NCBI GenBank assembly: GCA_963728665.1
Contig: CAVSLG010000007.1
Span: 12,715-76,714 of the forward strand
Source: an uncultured Actinomycetes bacterium
Lineage (GTDB): Bacteria > Actinomycetota > UBA4738 > HRBIN12
Direction of reading: 5' to 3'
Length of the DNA: 64,000 nucleotides
Within the stretch, counting starts at the first letter, position 1, and each line of letters opens with the position of its first letter. Below are positions 1 to 9,006 of this stretch, piece after piece. The notes beneath the pieces were generated by a model, which ran no database searches, was not told the origin of the DNA, and worked only from the letters and a program-made list of their open reading frames with translations. The position numbers and the translations under genes were made by a program.

Positions 1-527
1 GTGTCGACCCAGCGGGGCACCACCATCGCGGGCAGTCGGTTCACGAGGTCGGTCAGCATCGTGAACGACGCGCTGTCCGCGCTCACGACCATCGCCGCCC
101 GGAACTCCAGCAACGGCGGACCCGAATCTGCGAGGATGCGGCCCGTCTCGTGCCGGCTCGCGAGATGTTCGGAGAGGTCCGCGGCGTCATCGCCCAAGCC
201 GCCCAGGTAGATCACACGCTCGACCCGAGCTGCGCGCGCGGCCTCGCCGAAGAACGCCGCGCCTTCCGCGTCACGTTCGCGGAAGTCCCCGGCGGCCGCC
301 GGTTCCATCGAGTGCACCAGGTAATAGGCAGCCGTCACGCCCTCGAGCGCCGGTCCGATCGTCGCGGGACGCAGCACGTCGAGCTCGACCGCCGGCAGAT
401 CGGGCCATCGATCGTGCAGGCCGGAAGGGCGACGGGAGGCGACACGGGGCTCACGGCCCTCGCCCTGGAGTCGGTCCACGAGCCGCGCGCCGATCGCACC
501 GGTCGCACCGGTGACCAGGATCGTCAT
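1..527 (-). CDS. NAD(P)H-binding NmrA/atypical-SDR-like protein, partial (C-terminus lies left of the window)
   Basis: Manual minus-strand translation from ATG 527..525 gives MTILVTGATGAIGARLVDRLQGEG...YYLVHSM...VIYLGGLGD. It has an N-terminal TGxxGxxG Rossmann motif. The frame stays open to base 1, so it is absent from the ORF track. Confidence 0.6.
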   Translation of the reverse strand, partial: MTILVTGATGAIGARLVDRLQGEGREPRVASRRPSGLHDRWPDLPAVELDVLRPATIGPALEGVTAAYYLVHSMEPAAAGDFRERDAEGAAFFGEAARAARVERVIYLGGLGDDAADLSEHLASRHETGRILADSGPPLLEFRAAMVVSADSASFTMLTDLVNRLPAMVVPRWVD

Positions 528-596
528 GGCTCGACGCTACCCGGTCGCCGTCTCGGCGACACGGGGGAACCGATGCGTGCGGGTCGTCGGACGCCG

Positions 597-2405
597 CTAC
601 GGCTTCTGGACGCCGGGCACGTTCCCCTCGAGGAAGCCCAGGATCGCTCGCATCTGGCGGATCTCTTCGTCGATGTCGTTCGAGCCGTGGCCTGTGCCGA
701 AGAGCACCACCTCGTGCGGGTGGTTCCGCTCACGGAGCTTGTCGACGAACGCCATCGCCTGACGCAGGGGACACCGCGAATCGTTCTCCCCGATCAGGAA
801 GATCATCGGCGCCTTCACGTCGTCGGCGAAATTGATCGGGTTGCGGTCCCGCATCAGCTCGGGCACCTGATCGGGGGTGCCGCCGAGTAGGGCCCGATCG
901 TAAGCCTGGAGGTCCGGCGAGAGGTCCTCGTAGCCGAGCTCGTAGTCGCCGACCGGGACACCCGCAACCCCCGCCAGCCACATGTCGGGGTGCTTGCAGA
1001 GCTCCATCACGGTGATGTAGCCACCCCACGACCATCCACCGACGACGGCACGATCGGGATCGGCGATGCCGCGCGCGACGAGGTCGGCGAGGCCGGCGTT
1101 CACGTCGACGAGCTCGGGGCCGCCGATGTCGCCGATCAGGCGGTCGCGCCACTCGCGCCCGTACCCCGTGGACCCCCGATAGTTCACCATGCCGACCGCG
1201 AACCCCATGTCGATGTACGCCAGGACCTCGGGGTCCCACTCATCGGTGTCCTGTCCCGTGGGGCCGCCGTGCACGAGCATCATCACCGGGAACGGGCCGT
1301 CGCCTTCGGGGGTGACGTAGAACCCGTGCACACGATCGCCCTCGCCGTTGTCGAAGTGCCACGAGTGGAACGGTCGTCCGGCCGGCGCGCGATCACCGTC
1401 GGCGCGCACCACGTCGGCGCCGGCCGCATCGAGCGTGACCGGAGGATGCTCCCCGCTCGAGAGCCGGAACCACACGTCGCCGTCGGGACGCACGCGCGCC
1501 GCGCCGATCGTGCCCCGATCGTGCTCGATCGGGGCGAGAGAGCCAGACGCGAGCTCGTATCGGTAGAGGCGGTCGCGCCCTTCGTCGTTGTGCACGACGA
1601 GCACCGAGGATGCGTCTGGCCACCAGTCCACGGCTTCCACCGGGCCGGCGAGACCGAACTCGAGGTCCGTCCACTCGCCGCTCGCGAGGTCCCAGATCGC
1701 GGGACGCTCCTCACCCTCGCGCTCATGGGTCACCACGAGCCGTTGGTCGCCGGGCAGCGGGGACCAGCACGACGCGAGCAGCGCCATGCCCTCGTCGATC
1801 TGGTCGGCGACCGTCGCCCCGGTCCGAGGATCGACCACCCGAAGCGCCGGGTGCAGGACGTCACCGTGCTCGGCGTGCTCGAGCGCGAGCATCGACCCGT
1901 CGGCCGAGAGCCCGCCGCTCTCCCCGCGACCGAACTCCGAACCCCCGATGCCGATGTGCTCGGTGCTGCGCCAGATCTCCTTCGCGGGCTCGCCGTCGAC
2001 CGAGACGAACAGCGCGAAGCCGTCGGCGTCGCTGATGGCGGCCGCAACGAGCCCCGGCGCCTGAGAGAGGCCCTGGTTCCAGCCCGTCGGCACCGCGGTG
2101 AGGAACGGCACCGCCTCACCGCCCGAGAATGGCTCGGCGTACCACTGCCCCGCCTCGCTGCCCGTCTCGTCCTGCCAGAAGAGCACGCGCTCGCCGTCAG
2201 GGGTGAGCTCCCCTGCTGTCACCCCGACGGGATGGTCGGTCACCCGTCGTCGCTGACCCGTCCCCCGGTCCCAGACGTGCACCTGATAGACGCCGCTCTC
2301 CGTGCTCCAGAAGACGAGGCGCTCGGGGGCGGATCGCGCCCAGCGTGGCAGGGAGGCCGTCGGCGCGCGGAACCGACGTTCCCAGGCAGGAAGGTGATCG
2401 CTCAT
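597..2405 (-). CDS. S9 family serine peptidase (prolyl oligopeptidase / acylaminoacyl-peptidase type)
   Basis: C-terminal 602 codons of ORF 597..3179. Start placed at ATG 2405..2403 (MSDHLPAWERRF), which overlaps the upstream stop as ATGA. Propeller-like N-half plus alpha/beta-hydrolase C-half with the GGWSWGG nucleophile motif and later D and H (GTGHGS). The upstream 258 codons are R/G-rich and overlap the neighbouring gene out of frame. Confidence 0.85.
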   Translation of the reverse strand: MSDHLPAWERRFRAPTASLPRWARSAPERLVFWSTESGVYQVHVWDRGTGQRRRVTDHPVGVTAGELTPDGERVLFWQDETGSEAGQWYAEPFSGGEAVPFLTAVPTGWNQGLSQAPGLVAAAISDADGFALFVSVDGEPAKEIWRSTEHIGIGGSEFGRGESGGLSADGSMLALEHAEHGDVLHPALRVVDPRTGATVADQIDEGMALLASCWSPLPGDQRLVVTHEREGEERPAIWDLASGEWTDLEFGLAGPVEAVDWWPDASSVLVVHNDEGRDRLYRYELASGSLAPIEHDRGTIGAARVRPDGDVWFRLSSGEHPPVTLDAAGADVVRADGDRAPAGRPFHSWHFDNGEGDRVHGFYVTPEGDGPFPVMMLVHGGPTGQDTDEWDPEVLAYIDMGFAVGMVNYRGSTGYGREWRDRLIGDIGGPELVDVNAGLADLVARGIADPDRAVVGGWSWGGYITVMELCKHPDMWLAGVAGVPVGDYELGYEDLSPDLQAYDRALLGGTPDQVPELMRDRNPINFADDVKAPMIFLIGENDSRCPLRQAMAFVDKLRERNHPHEVVLFGTGHGSNDIDEEIRQMRAILGFLEGNVPGVQKP

Positions 2406-4768
2406 GACGGCGAGCCTACCGATGACGAGGCGTCCGCGTTCCGCTTCTTTGCTCGTGCCGCCTCCAAGGCCCGCCAGACCCGCTCCGGCGTGAGCGGCAG
2501 ATCGAGGTGGCGGATCCTCCACGGCGACAGCGCATCGATCACCGCGTTCTGCACCGCGGGCGTCGACCCGATCGTGGCGGACTCGCCGATGCCTTTCGCG
2601 CCCAGCGGATTCACCGGCGTCGGCGTCTCGGTGCGCGCCGTTTCGAACCGAGGGAACTCGGCCGCCGACGGCATCGCATAGGTCGTGAGCGTCGACGTGA
2701 TCGGGTTGCCCGCCTCGTCGTAGCGGACCTCTTCGTACAGGGCCTGCGCGATGCCCTGTGCGAGGCCGCCGTGTACCTGTCCTTCCACGAGCGCCGGGTT
2801 CAGCACGCGGCCGCAGTCGTCGATCGCCACGTGACGCACGAGCCGCACGTCGCCGGTCTCGGTGTCGACCTCGACCACCGCGACGTGTGCGCCGAACGGG
2901 AACGTGGACCCCGGTTCGCGATACACGCCCTCGGCGCGCAGCCCCGGTTCCACCCCCGGTGGCAGCCTCGTCGCGTCGTGCGACGCGGCGGCGAGCTCGG
3001 CGAGCGTCAGCGTTCGTTCGGGCGCGCCGCGCACCGCGAACCCGCCGCCGATGGCCTGCTCGACGTCGGATTGGTCGGCCTCGAGCAGGTGCGCGGCCAA
3101 CGCGCGAGCCTGCTCGAGCACCTCTCCGCTGCGTTCGAACACCGACGAACCGCCTGCCTGCAGCGACCGGGAGCCCCACGTTCCGGCGCCCCGCCTGACG
3201 AGTCCAGTATCGGAATGGACGACTCGGATCGCCTCGAACGGCACGCCGAGCACGCCGGACACGAGCTGGGCGAACGCCGTCTCGTGGCCCTGTCCGTGCG
3301 GCGAGGTGCCCGTCACGACCGTGACCGTGCCGTCGGCATGCGCCTCGACCGAGGCGAACTCCTTCGAGCTGAACGACGTGATCTCGACGTAGGTGGAGAC
3401 TCCGATGCCGAGCGCCAGGTGGTCGCCCCGCTCCCGGCGAGCGGATCGCTCGGCGCGAAGAGCGTCGATCCCGGCGATCCGCTCCGCCTCGCCCAGTGCG
3501 CGCTCGTACTCGCCGACGTCGTAGACCGTGCCCGATGCGGTCCGGTAGGGGAAGGCGTCGGACGGGATCAGGTTCCTGCGGCGCACGGCGAGCGGGTCCA
3601 TGCCGAGCTCGGCGGCGACGAGGTCGATCGCCCGCTCGATCAGAGCGGTGGCCTCCGGTCGGCCCGCCCCCCGGTACGGCGCGATGGGCGTCGCGTTCGT
3701 GACGACGCTGCGACCTCGCGAGGCGATGCGGGGGATCGTGTAGACGCCCGCCAACATCTCGTGGGTCGTGTTCGGCAGGAAGGCCCCGATCGGGTAGGCG
3801 CCCATGTCGGCGATCAGGTCCGCCCGAAGACCGACGAGCGTGCCGTCACGGCGGGCGCCGATCTCGACATGCTGCACCTGCCCCCGACCGTGCGTGAGCG
3901 CGAGGAGGCCTTCGGATCGCATCTCGATCCAGCGCACCGGTCGCCCGAGCCTCGCCGAGACGGCGGCGACCACCAGGTACTCCGGATAGACCTGCAGCTT
4001 CGCGCCGAATCCTCCGCCGACGTCGGGGGCGATCGTGCGGACTGCCTGCTTCTGCACCCCCAGGGCGTCGGCGAGGTCGTCGCGGACGTCGAACGGAACC
4101 TGCGTCGAGACCCACGCCGTGAACGTGCCGTCCCCGTGCGGTTGCACCGCGATCGCGTTGCCTTCCATGGGCACCGGCGCGAGGCGCTGGTTCACGAACC
4201 GTCCGCGTGCGACGACCTCGGCCTCCGCGAGCACGTCGTCGTCCCAGCTCGCCTCGAACGACGCCACCACGTTCGAGCCGTGCTCCGGCCACAGCCGCGG
4301 CGCGCCGGTGTCGAGGGCCGCCTCCACATCGGTCACCGACGGCAGCGGGTCGTAGTCGCCGGCGACCGCCTCGGCGGCGTCCTCTGCGTGGGCGAGGGTG
4401 TCGGCCACGACGACCGCGATCGCCTCGCCGACGAAGCGCACCACGTCGCGGGCCAACGCCTCCCGCCCGAACGGGCCTCCCAGCACGTCGCTCGAGCCCT
4501 CCACCACGCCGCTGGCGGGCAGGCGAGGGAGGTCGAGGTCGGCGGCCGTGAACGCGCCCGCCACGCCGGGCATCGCCCGGGCTGCATCGACCTCCACGGC
4601 GTTCAGCCGCGCGTGCGGCATGATGGAGCGCACGAACACGGCGCGCAGCGCGTCCTCGATCGGCAGGTTCTCCACGTACCGGCCCCGACCTGACAGGAAC
4701 CGCGGGTCTTCAGAACGAAGGGCCGGCACGCCGAACATCGATGGTGGCTGCGTCGTCACGGGAGCCAT
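2402..4768 (-). CDS. Molybdopterin-binding large subunit of the xanthine dehydrogenase / aerobic CO dehydrogenase (CoxL form II-like) family
   Basis: ORF 2402..4831. N-terminus MAPVTTQPPSMFGVPALRSEDPRFLSGRGRYVENL and active-site loop IAPYRGAGRPEA (AYRGAGR type), about 790 aa. Start ATG 4768 chosen; alternative ATG 4738. Confidence 0.85.
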   Translation of the reverse strand: MAPVTTQPPSMFGVPALRSEDPRFLSGRGRYVENLPIEDALRAVFVRSIMPHARLNAVEVDAARAMPGVAGAFTAADLDLPRLPASGVVEGSSDVLGGPFGREALARDVVRFVGEAIAVVVADTLAHAEDAAEAVAGDYDPLPSVTDVEAALDTGAPRLWPEHGSNVVASFEASWDDDVLAEAEVVARGRFVNQRLAPVPMEGNAIAVQPHGDGTFTAWVSTQVPFDVRDDLADALGVQKQAVRTIAPDVGGGFGAKLQVYPEYLVVAAVSARLGRPVRWIEMRSEGLLALTHGRGQVQHVEIGARRDGTLVGLRADLIADMGAYPIGAFLPNTTHEMLAGVYTIPRIASRGRSVVTNATPIAPYRGAGRPEATALIERAIDLVAAELGMDPLAVRRRNLIPSDAFPYRTASGTVYDVGEYERALGEAERIAGIDALRAERSARRERGDHLALGIGVSTYVEITSFSSKEFASVEAHADGTVTVVTGTSPHGQGHETAFAQLVSGVLGVPFEAIRVVHSDTGLVRRGAGTWGSRSLQAGGSSVFERSGEVLEQARALAAHLLEADQSDVEQAIGGGFAVRGAPERTLTLAELAAASHDATRLPPGVEPGLRAEGVYREPGSTFPFGAHVAVVEVDTETGDVRLVRHVAIDDCGRVLNPALVEGQVHGGLAQGIAQALYEEVRYDEAGNPITSTLTTYAMPSAAEFPRFETARTETPTPVNPLGAKGIGESATIGSTPAVQNAVIDALSPWRIRHLDLPLTPERVWRALEAARAKKRNADASSSVGSPS

Positions 4769-4911
4769 GGTCCCAGAGGTGCAGGTGCGGGAGGGAACGA
4801 TCACGCGACGACGATGGAGAGCGTTCGGCATCGCCGCAGCGGCGATCGCGCTGGCGACGGCGCCGTCGACCGTGACCGTCGCTGGGAGGCGTCGCCCCGT
4901 CGGTCCGGGTC

Positions 4912-5937
4912 GTGACCGTCGCCGAGCTCGACCAACCGGTCGGGTTCACGTTCGCTCCCAACGGGCGCATCGTGTACCTGGAACGAGCGACGGGCCAGGT
5001 CCGCTCACTCGACCCGCGTTCCGGCCGCGATCGCCTGTGGCACCGCATCACCGGTGTGAACAGCGATGGGGAACGAGGCGCGCTCGGGGTCGCCCTGCAC
5101 CCTCGGTGGCCGCGTGAGCCCTGGGTCTACGCCTACGTCTCGAGGACACCGGCCGGCGGCGTGCTGCGGAACCAGCTGTTACGCCTGCGCATCCGCGACG
5201 GACGGGCGGTCTCGCGGCAGGTGCTCCTGAACTCGCCGATCGGCGGGCGCGCCAACCACAACGGCGGGCGCATCGCGTTCGGACCCGACGGCAAGCTCTA
5301 CGTGGTGATCGGCGACGGCGGCGAGGATCCCGCTACCGCGCAGGCCATCGTCGACGAGCCCCGCGGGAAGATCCTGCGTCTGAACCCGGACGGCTCGGTG
5401 CCCGCATCGAACCCGTTCGCCTCGCCCGTCTGGTCGTTCGGTCATCGCAACTCGATCGGATTCGCGTTCGACCCGGTCACCGGGCGCCTGTGGGAAAGCG
5501 AGAACGGCCCGGAGTGCAACGACGAGCTGAACCGCATCGTGAAGGGCGGGAACTTCGCGTGGGGACCCTCCCAGGCCTGTGGCACACCCGCCCTGCCCGA
5601 GGACACGAACCGTGACGGTCCCGACCCCAAGCGCCTTCCCCGGTTCACGTTCGCCGCCACCGTGGCGGCGACCGGCGTGGCGTTCTGCGACGGGTGTGGA
5701 CTGGGCTCCCATTACGACGGCACGCTGCTCGCGGGGTGCGCCAACGGCAACTGCAAGGCGACCATCGGCCCCGTCATGCACGCCTCGCTCGAGATCGGGC
5801 GGTGGTCGCTCGCCGGGCCACCCTCGCAGGTTCCCCTGACGAACTACGACGGACCGGTGTATTCCATGGAGGTCGCACCCAACGGTCGCATCTACTTCAG
5901 CGACGGGCGCGGCATCTACCGGCTGGCGCCGGCATGA
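4912..5937 (+). CDS. PQQ-dependent sugar dehydrogenase (soluble aldose/sorbosone dehydrogenase-like beta-propeller), paralog 1; N-terminal signal peptide is out of frame
   Basis: ORF 4912..5937 (GTG start) with motifs GERGALGVALHPRWP, HNGGRIAFGPDGKLY, GHRNSIGFAFDP and LWESENGPECNDELN. A signal-like sequence (RRRWRAFGIAAAAIALATAPSTVTVA) is encoded just upstream in another frame; see finding. Confidence 0.7.
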   Translation: MTVAELDQPVGFTFAPNGRIVYLERATGQVRSLDPRSGRDRLWHRITGVNSDGERGALGVALHPRWPREPWVYAYVSRTPAGGVLRNQLLRLRIRDGRAVSRQVLLNSPIGGRANHNGGRIAFGPDGKLYVVIGDGGEDPATAQAIVDEPRGKILRLNPDGSVPASNPFASPVWSFGHRNSIGFAFDPVTGRLWESENGPECNDELNRIVKGGNFAWGPSQACGTPALPEDTNRDGPDPKRLPRFTFAATVAATGVAFCDGCGLGSHYDGTLLAGCANGNCKATIGPVMHASLEIGRWSLAGPPSQVPLTNYDGPVYSMEVAPNGRIYFSDGRGIYRLAPA

Positions 5938-5987
5938 CGCCCGCCGACCCATCGACGACCATGCACCAGGAGGAGGCCGAAGACCCT

Positions 5988-7094
5988 ATGCACATCCCAG
6001 CCGCGACGAAGACCGCAGGAGCTCTGACGATCACGCTCGCCATCGCTCTGATCGCCGTCGTCTCGCTCCCCGCATCAGCCGGGACCGGCGTGCGCGCGGT
6101 GAAGGTGGCGGCCGGGCTGAACGGGCCTGCTGCCTTCACGTTCACGCCCAACGGCACGATCGTCTACCTCGAGCGCGCCACGGGCGAGGTTCGCTTCCGC
6201 AACCCGAAGACCGACTTCGACCGCCTGTTCTTCGACATCCAGGGCGTGAACGGCGAGGGCGAGCGCGGCGCGCTCGGGGTCGCGCTGCACCCCCGTTGGC
6301 CCGACAAGCCGTTCGTCTACGTCTACGTGACCCGCTCGGTGAAGGGGAAGCTCCGCAACCAGATCGTGCGCATCCGCGACCGAGGGGGCGAGGGACGCGG
6401 CCTCACGACGATCCTGACGACGCCCGCGAGCTCCAGCCCGTATCACAACGGGGGCCGCATCATGTTCGGCCCTGACAGCAAGCTCTACGCGATCGTCGGC
6501 GACGGCCATACCTCGTCGAACGCGCAGGACCTCACGGCGAACCTCCGCGGCAAGATCCTGCGCATGAACCCCGACGGCTCGGTTCCCGGCACGAATCCGA
6601 TGATCGACGGCAAGCGCGGCCGGATCTTCGCCTTCGGCATCCGCAACTCCTTCGGCTTCACGTTCGACCCCGAGAACGGCAACCTCTGGGAGACCGAGAA
6701 CGGCCCGGAATGCAACGACGAGATCAACTACGTGCAGCCCGGCGACAACTACGCGTGGGGACCGAACCAGAGCTGCCCCGACACGAACCGGGACGGGCCC
6801 GCCCCGCAGCGCCAGCCCGAGGTCACCTTCTCGAACACGATCGGCATCACCGGCACCGCGTTCTGCGACGGGTGCGGCCTCGCCGGACGCCAGGGCGACC
6901 TGCTGTTCAGCGCGTGCTGCGACGGGGGCGTGGTGCGGCGGGTCTCGCTCGACCCGGCGCGAGACGACGTCGTCGGCAACCCGATCACGATGCTCGACGC
7001 TCCGGGTGGGTCGGTGTTCTCGATGGAGGTCGCACCCAACGGCAGCATCTACTTCAGCGACAACAACTCGATCTACCGGCTCCGCAACGCGTAG
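5988..7094 (+). CDS. PQQ-dependent sugar dehydrogenase, paralog 2, with signal peptide
   Basis: ORF 5694..7094. Start placed at ATG 5988 (MHIPAATKTAGALTITLAIALIAVVSLPASA), preceded by GGAGGAGG 11 nt upstream. Alternative ATG 5934 overlaps the paralog 1 stop as ATGA. Same motif set as paralog 1 (GERGALGVALHPRWP, HNGGRIMFGPDSKLY, LWETENGPECNDEIN). Confidence 0.85.
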   Translation: MHIPAATKTAGALTITLAIALIAVVSLPASAGTGVRAVKVAAGLNGPAAFTFTPNGTIVYLERATGEVRFRNPKTDFDRLFFDIQGVNGEGERGALGVALHPRWPDKPFVYVYVTRSVKGKLRNQIVRIRDRGGEGRGLTTILTTPASSSPYHNGGRIMFGPDSKLYAIVGDGHTSSNAQDLTANLRGKILRMNPDGSVPGTNPMIDGKRGRIFAFGIRNSFGFTFDPENGNLWETENGPECNDEINYVQPGDNYAWGPNQSCPDTNRDGPAPQRQPEVTFSNTIGITGTAFCDGCGLAGRQGDLLFSACCDGGVVRRVSLDPARDDVVGNPITMLDAPGGSVFSMEVAPNGSIYFSDNNSIYRLRNA

Positions 7095-7597
7095 CTGCAC
7101 CACGACGGCCGGCCCCTGGCCGCCGCGCGCGAGCCCTCGGCGGCCAACGCGCGACCGAGCCGCATGCCGAAGCTCGCCCCGAACGCGCCTGGGCGGGCCG
7201 AGTTGTAGGCCCGCTCGTGCACGGCTCCCCCACCGTCGGCAGCTGCATCGTCGAGCACGGCCGCGATCAGCGCGCGGCCGATGCCATGGCGTCGGCACTC
7301 CGGCGCCACGAACGCTCGGATCGTCAACCGAGGTGGGTCTCGCGGTTGCGAGAGGTGCGCGTACCCGGCCCCGATCGTCGCCGAGGCGGTTCCTCCTCGT
7401 CGTGCGATCCCTCGATACGGATCGACGGGATCATCGGACCTCCAGCGCGGGACACCCGGGTTCACGACGCGATCGCGCACGGTACCGATACCCAGAACGG
7501 CGACATAGGGGTACCCTCGAGGCAGGCCCGCCGTGTGACCGCCCGAGGCAACCACCCCGAGGTGAGCGATGGACATCGGACAGCCCAAGCGCATCAT
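7073..7597 (-). CDS. GNAT family N-acetyltransferase (weak call)
   Basis: ORF 7073..7597. The acetyl-CoA motif A-like segment is IRAFVAPECRRHGIGRALIAAVLDDA. N-terminal half and start are uncertain; alternative ATG 7576. Confidence 0.45.
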   Translation of the reverse strand: MMRLGCPMSIAHLGVVASGGHTAGLPRGYPYVAVLGIGTVRDRVVNPGVPRWRSDDPVDPYRGIARRGGTASATIGAGYAHLSQPRDPPRLTIRAFVAPECRRHGIGRALIAAVLDDAAADGGGAVHERAYNSARPGAFGASFGMRLGRALAAEGSRAAARGRPSWCSYALRSR

Positions 7598-7712
7598 CGA
7601 GATCGAACCGGCGACGCTTCCCGTGCCCGGCGAGGTCCTGCCCGACCCTGAGCCGGCCGTTCGACCCGATCGCGACCCGGCGCCTGCCGCCCCCGAACGC
7701 CGTTCGTCGTGA
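7569..7712 (+). CDS. 47-codon small ORF translationally coupled to the downstream Cys-rich protein
   Basis: Manual translation gives MDIGQPKRIIEIEPATLPVPGEVLPDPEPAVRPDRDPAPAAPERRSS. GAGGTG lies 4 nt upstream of ATG 7569. Stop TGA 7710..7712 overlaps the GTG 7709 start of the next gene (GTGA). Below the ORF-track size cut-off. Confidence 0.3.
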   Translation: MDIGQPKRIIEIEPATLPVPGEVLPDPEPAVRPDRDPAPAAPERRSS

Positions 7713-8284
7713 TCGACCGAGCACCGACGCTCGAAGGTCTGGTCACCGACGTCTCCTCCGAGCCGATCCTGGCGTGGCGCGCGTGGGCCCTAACGGGCCA
7801 CCGCGACGGCACCGGCTTGCTGCTGCGACCGGTGGCCAAGCGCGCCCGCACCTGGCAGCCGCGCGAGATCGTGGAAGCCTCGTGCCGGACGTCTCGAAGG
7901 CACGAGGCGCCCGATCGACGATGCACGTGCGGGCTCCACGGCACGCACGGCATCGAGGTGCTCCGCCGGACCAAGAGTCCAGCCGTGCTGGGTCGCGTCG
8001 CCCTCTGGGGCCGGGTGATCGAGCACGAGCATGGGTACCGGGCGCAGTACGCCTACCCCCAGCGGTTGGCATTGATCTGCCAGTTCTGCTTCTGGATGAC
8101 CGATGCCCGCAGGGCAACGCCCGAGCACGTCGGTTGGTTCCCGCGCGACGAGCTGATCCCGTTGTGCGACGAACACCTGGCCGTGGCTCGGCGCAACGAC
8201 GTGTCGCCACGGCTCATGCTGTGCGCCTCCGAGGTGACCCAGGATCTGCGCGACGCCTACGCCGTCGACGCGCTGGCGATGTGA
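7709..8284 (+). CDS. Hypothetical Cys/His-rich protein
   Basis: ORF 7709..8284 with GC-rich third codon positions. Motifs AWRAWAL, APDRRCTCGLHG, ICQFCFW and PLCDEH suggest zinc-binding modules. No family recognised. Confidence 0.6.
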   Translation: MIDRAPTLEGLVTDVSSEPILAWRAWALTGHRDGTGLLLRPVAKRARTWQPREIVEASCRTSRRHEAPDRRCTCGLHGTHGIEVLRRTKSPAVLGRVALWGRVIEHEHGYRAQYAYPQRLALICQFCFWMTDARRATPEHVGWFPRDELIPLCDEHLAVARRNDVSPRLMLCASEVTQDLRDAYAVDALAM

Positions 8285-8285
8285 G

Positions 8286-8861
8286 CTAGCGGTCGCCCTT
8301 CGGGGGCCGCTTCCGTGCAGCGGTGCGGGCGAGTCGCTCGCGCAGATCGGCGGCCTGACGGGAAGCGGCATCGGATGGGACCGAAGGTGCGGCATCGGAC
8401 CCATCATGGGCCGTCGGCTCCGTCTCCGGCTCCCGAGTGGCGTCGGTGGCCGGCTCGGTCGCGGCGCGCGGGGCGGCGGTGACGCGTTCGCTGATCTCGT
8501 CCAGGCGACGCTCGGCGTCGCGCACCCGTCGCTCGGCGATCTCGACCCGCCGCTCGAGCGGGGCGAGCGACGCCAGGCGATCGCGGGCCAGGCGCTCGCG
8601 CTCCTCGGCCTCGGACGCGCGGGCGATCGACACGTCACGCTCGTGCGCGACCTCGACGAGCGCGATCGTCGTCTGATCGTCGAGCTGGTCGTCAGGCGAC
8701 TCGCCGCCAGCGGCGGGCGTATCGAACCCGGTGGGAGCCTGGACCTCGGTGGACGCCTCGTCGCTCGCCGGTGTTCGCGGTCGCGAACCCCGAGACCACC
8801 ACCGCCGTGCCACAGGGCGGTCGGGATCATCCATGGCTTCCATCATCGGCCTGGCGACCAC
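8286..8861 (-). CDS. Hypothetical acidic coiled-coil protein
   Basis: ORF 8286..8861. GTG start is preceded by GGAGGTGA 7 nt upstream. The central segment RASEAEERERLARDRLASLAPLERRVEIAERRVRDAERRLDEISERV looks coiled-coil. Confidence 0.6.
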   Translation of the reverse strand: MVARPMMEAMDDPDRPVARRWWSRGSRPRTPASDEASTEVQAPTGFDTPAAGGESPDDQLDDQTTIALVEVAHERDVSIARASEAEERERLARDRLASLAPLERRVEIAERRVRDAERRLDEISERVTAAPRAATEPATDATREPETEPTAHDGSDAAPSVPSDAASRQAADLRERLARTAARKRPPKGDR

Positions 8862-9006
8862 GATCCTTCACCTCCGAACGCGCCTTCCCCACGACCGAGC
8901 CTCCATGTGATGGACGTCACCGCACGGGTTCCCCGACCGGCTCAAGCTGCGATGCCTCCCCTCCGATACGGGAGCGGAGCACCAAGACGGAGGCACCCCG
9001 CAGTTC

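Noticed and set aside
2406-3179. N-terminal 258 codons of ORF 597..3179
   Set aside because: The stretch is R/G-rich low-complexity text overlapping the CoxL-like gene in another frame. The peptidase has a clean ATG coupled to the upstream stop at 2405.
990-4693. Long plus-strand ORFs 990..2681 (563 aa) and 2507..4693 (728 aa)
   Set aside because: They lie antisense to the well-supported S9 peptidase and CoxL-like genes. Their translations are R/G/A/P/D-rich with no motifs, as expected for shadow ORFs in about 70% GC DNA.
7006-8830. ORFs 7006..8289 (+, 427 aa) and 7790..8830 (-, 346 aa)
   Set aside because: The translations are R/P/S-rich. They overlap better-supported frames (GNAT, Cys-rich protein, coiled-coil protein).
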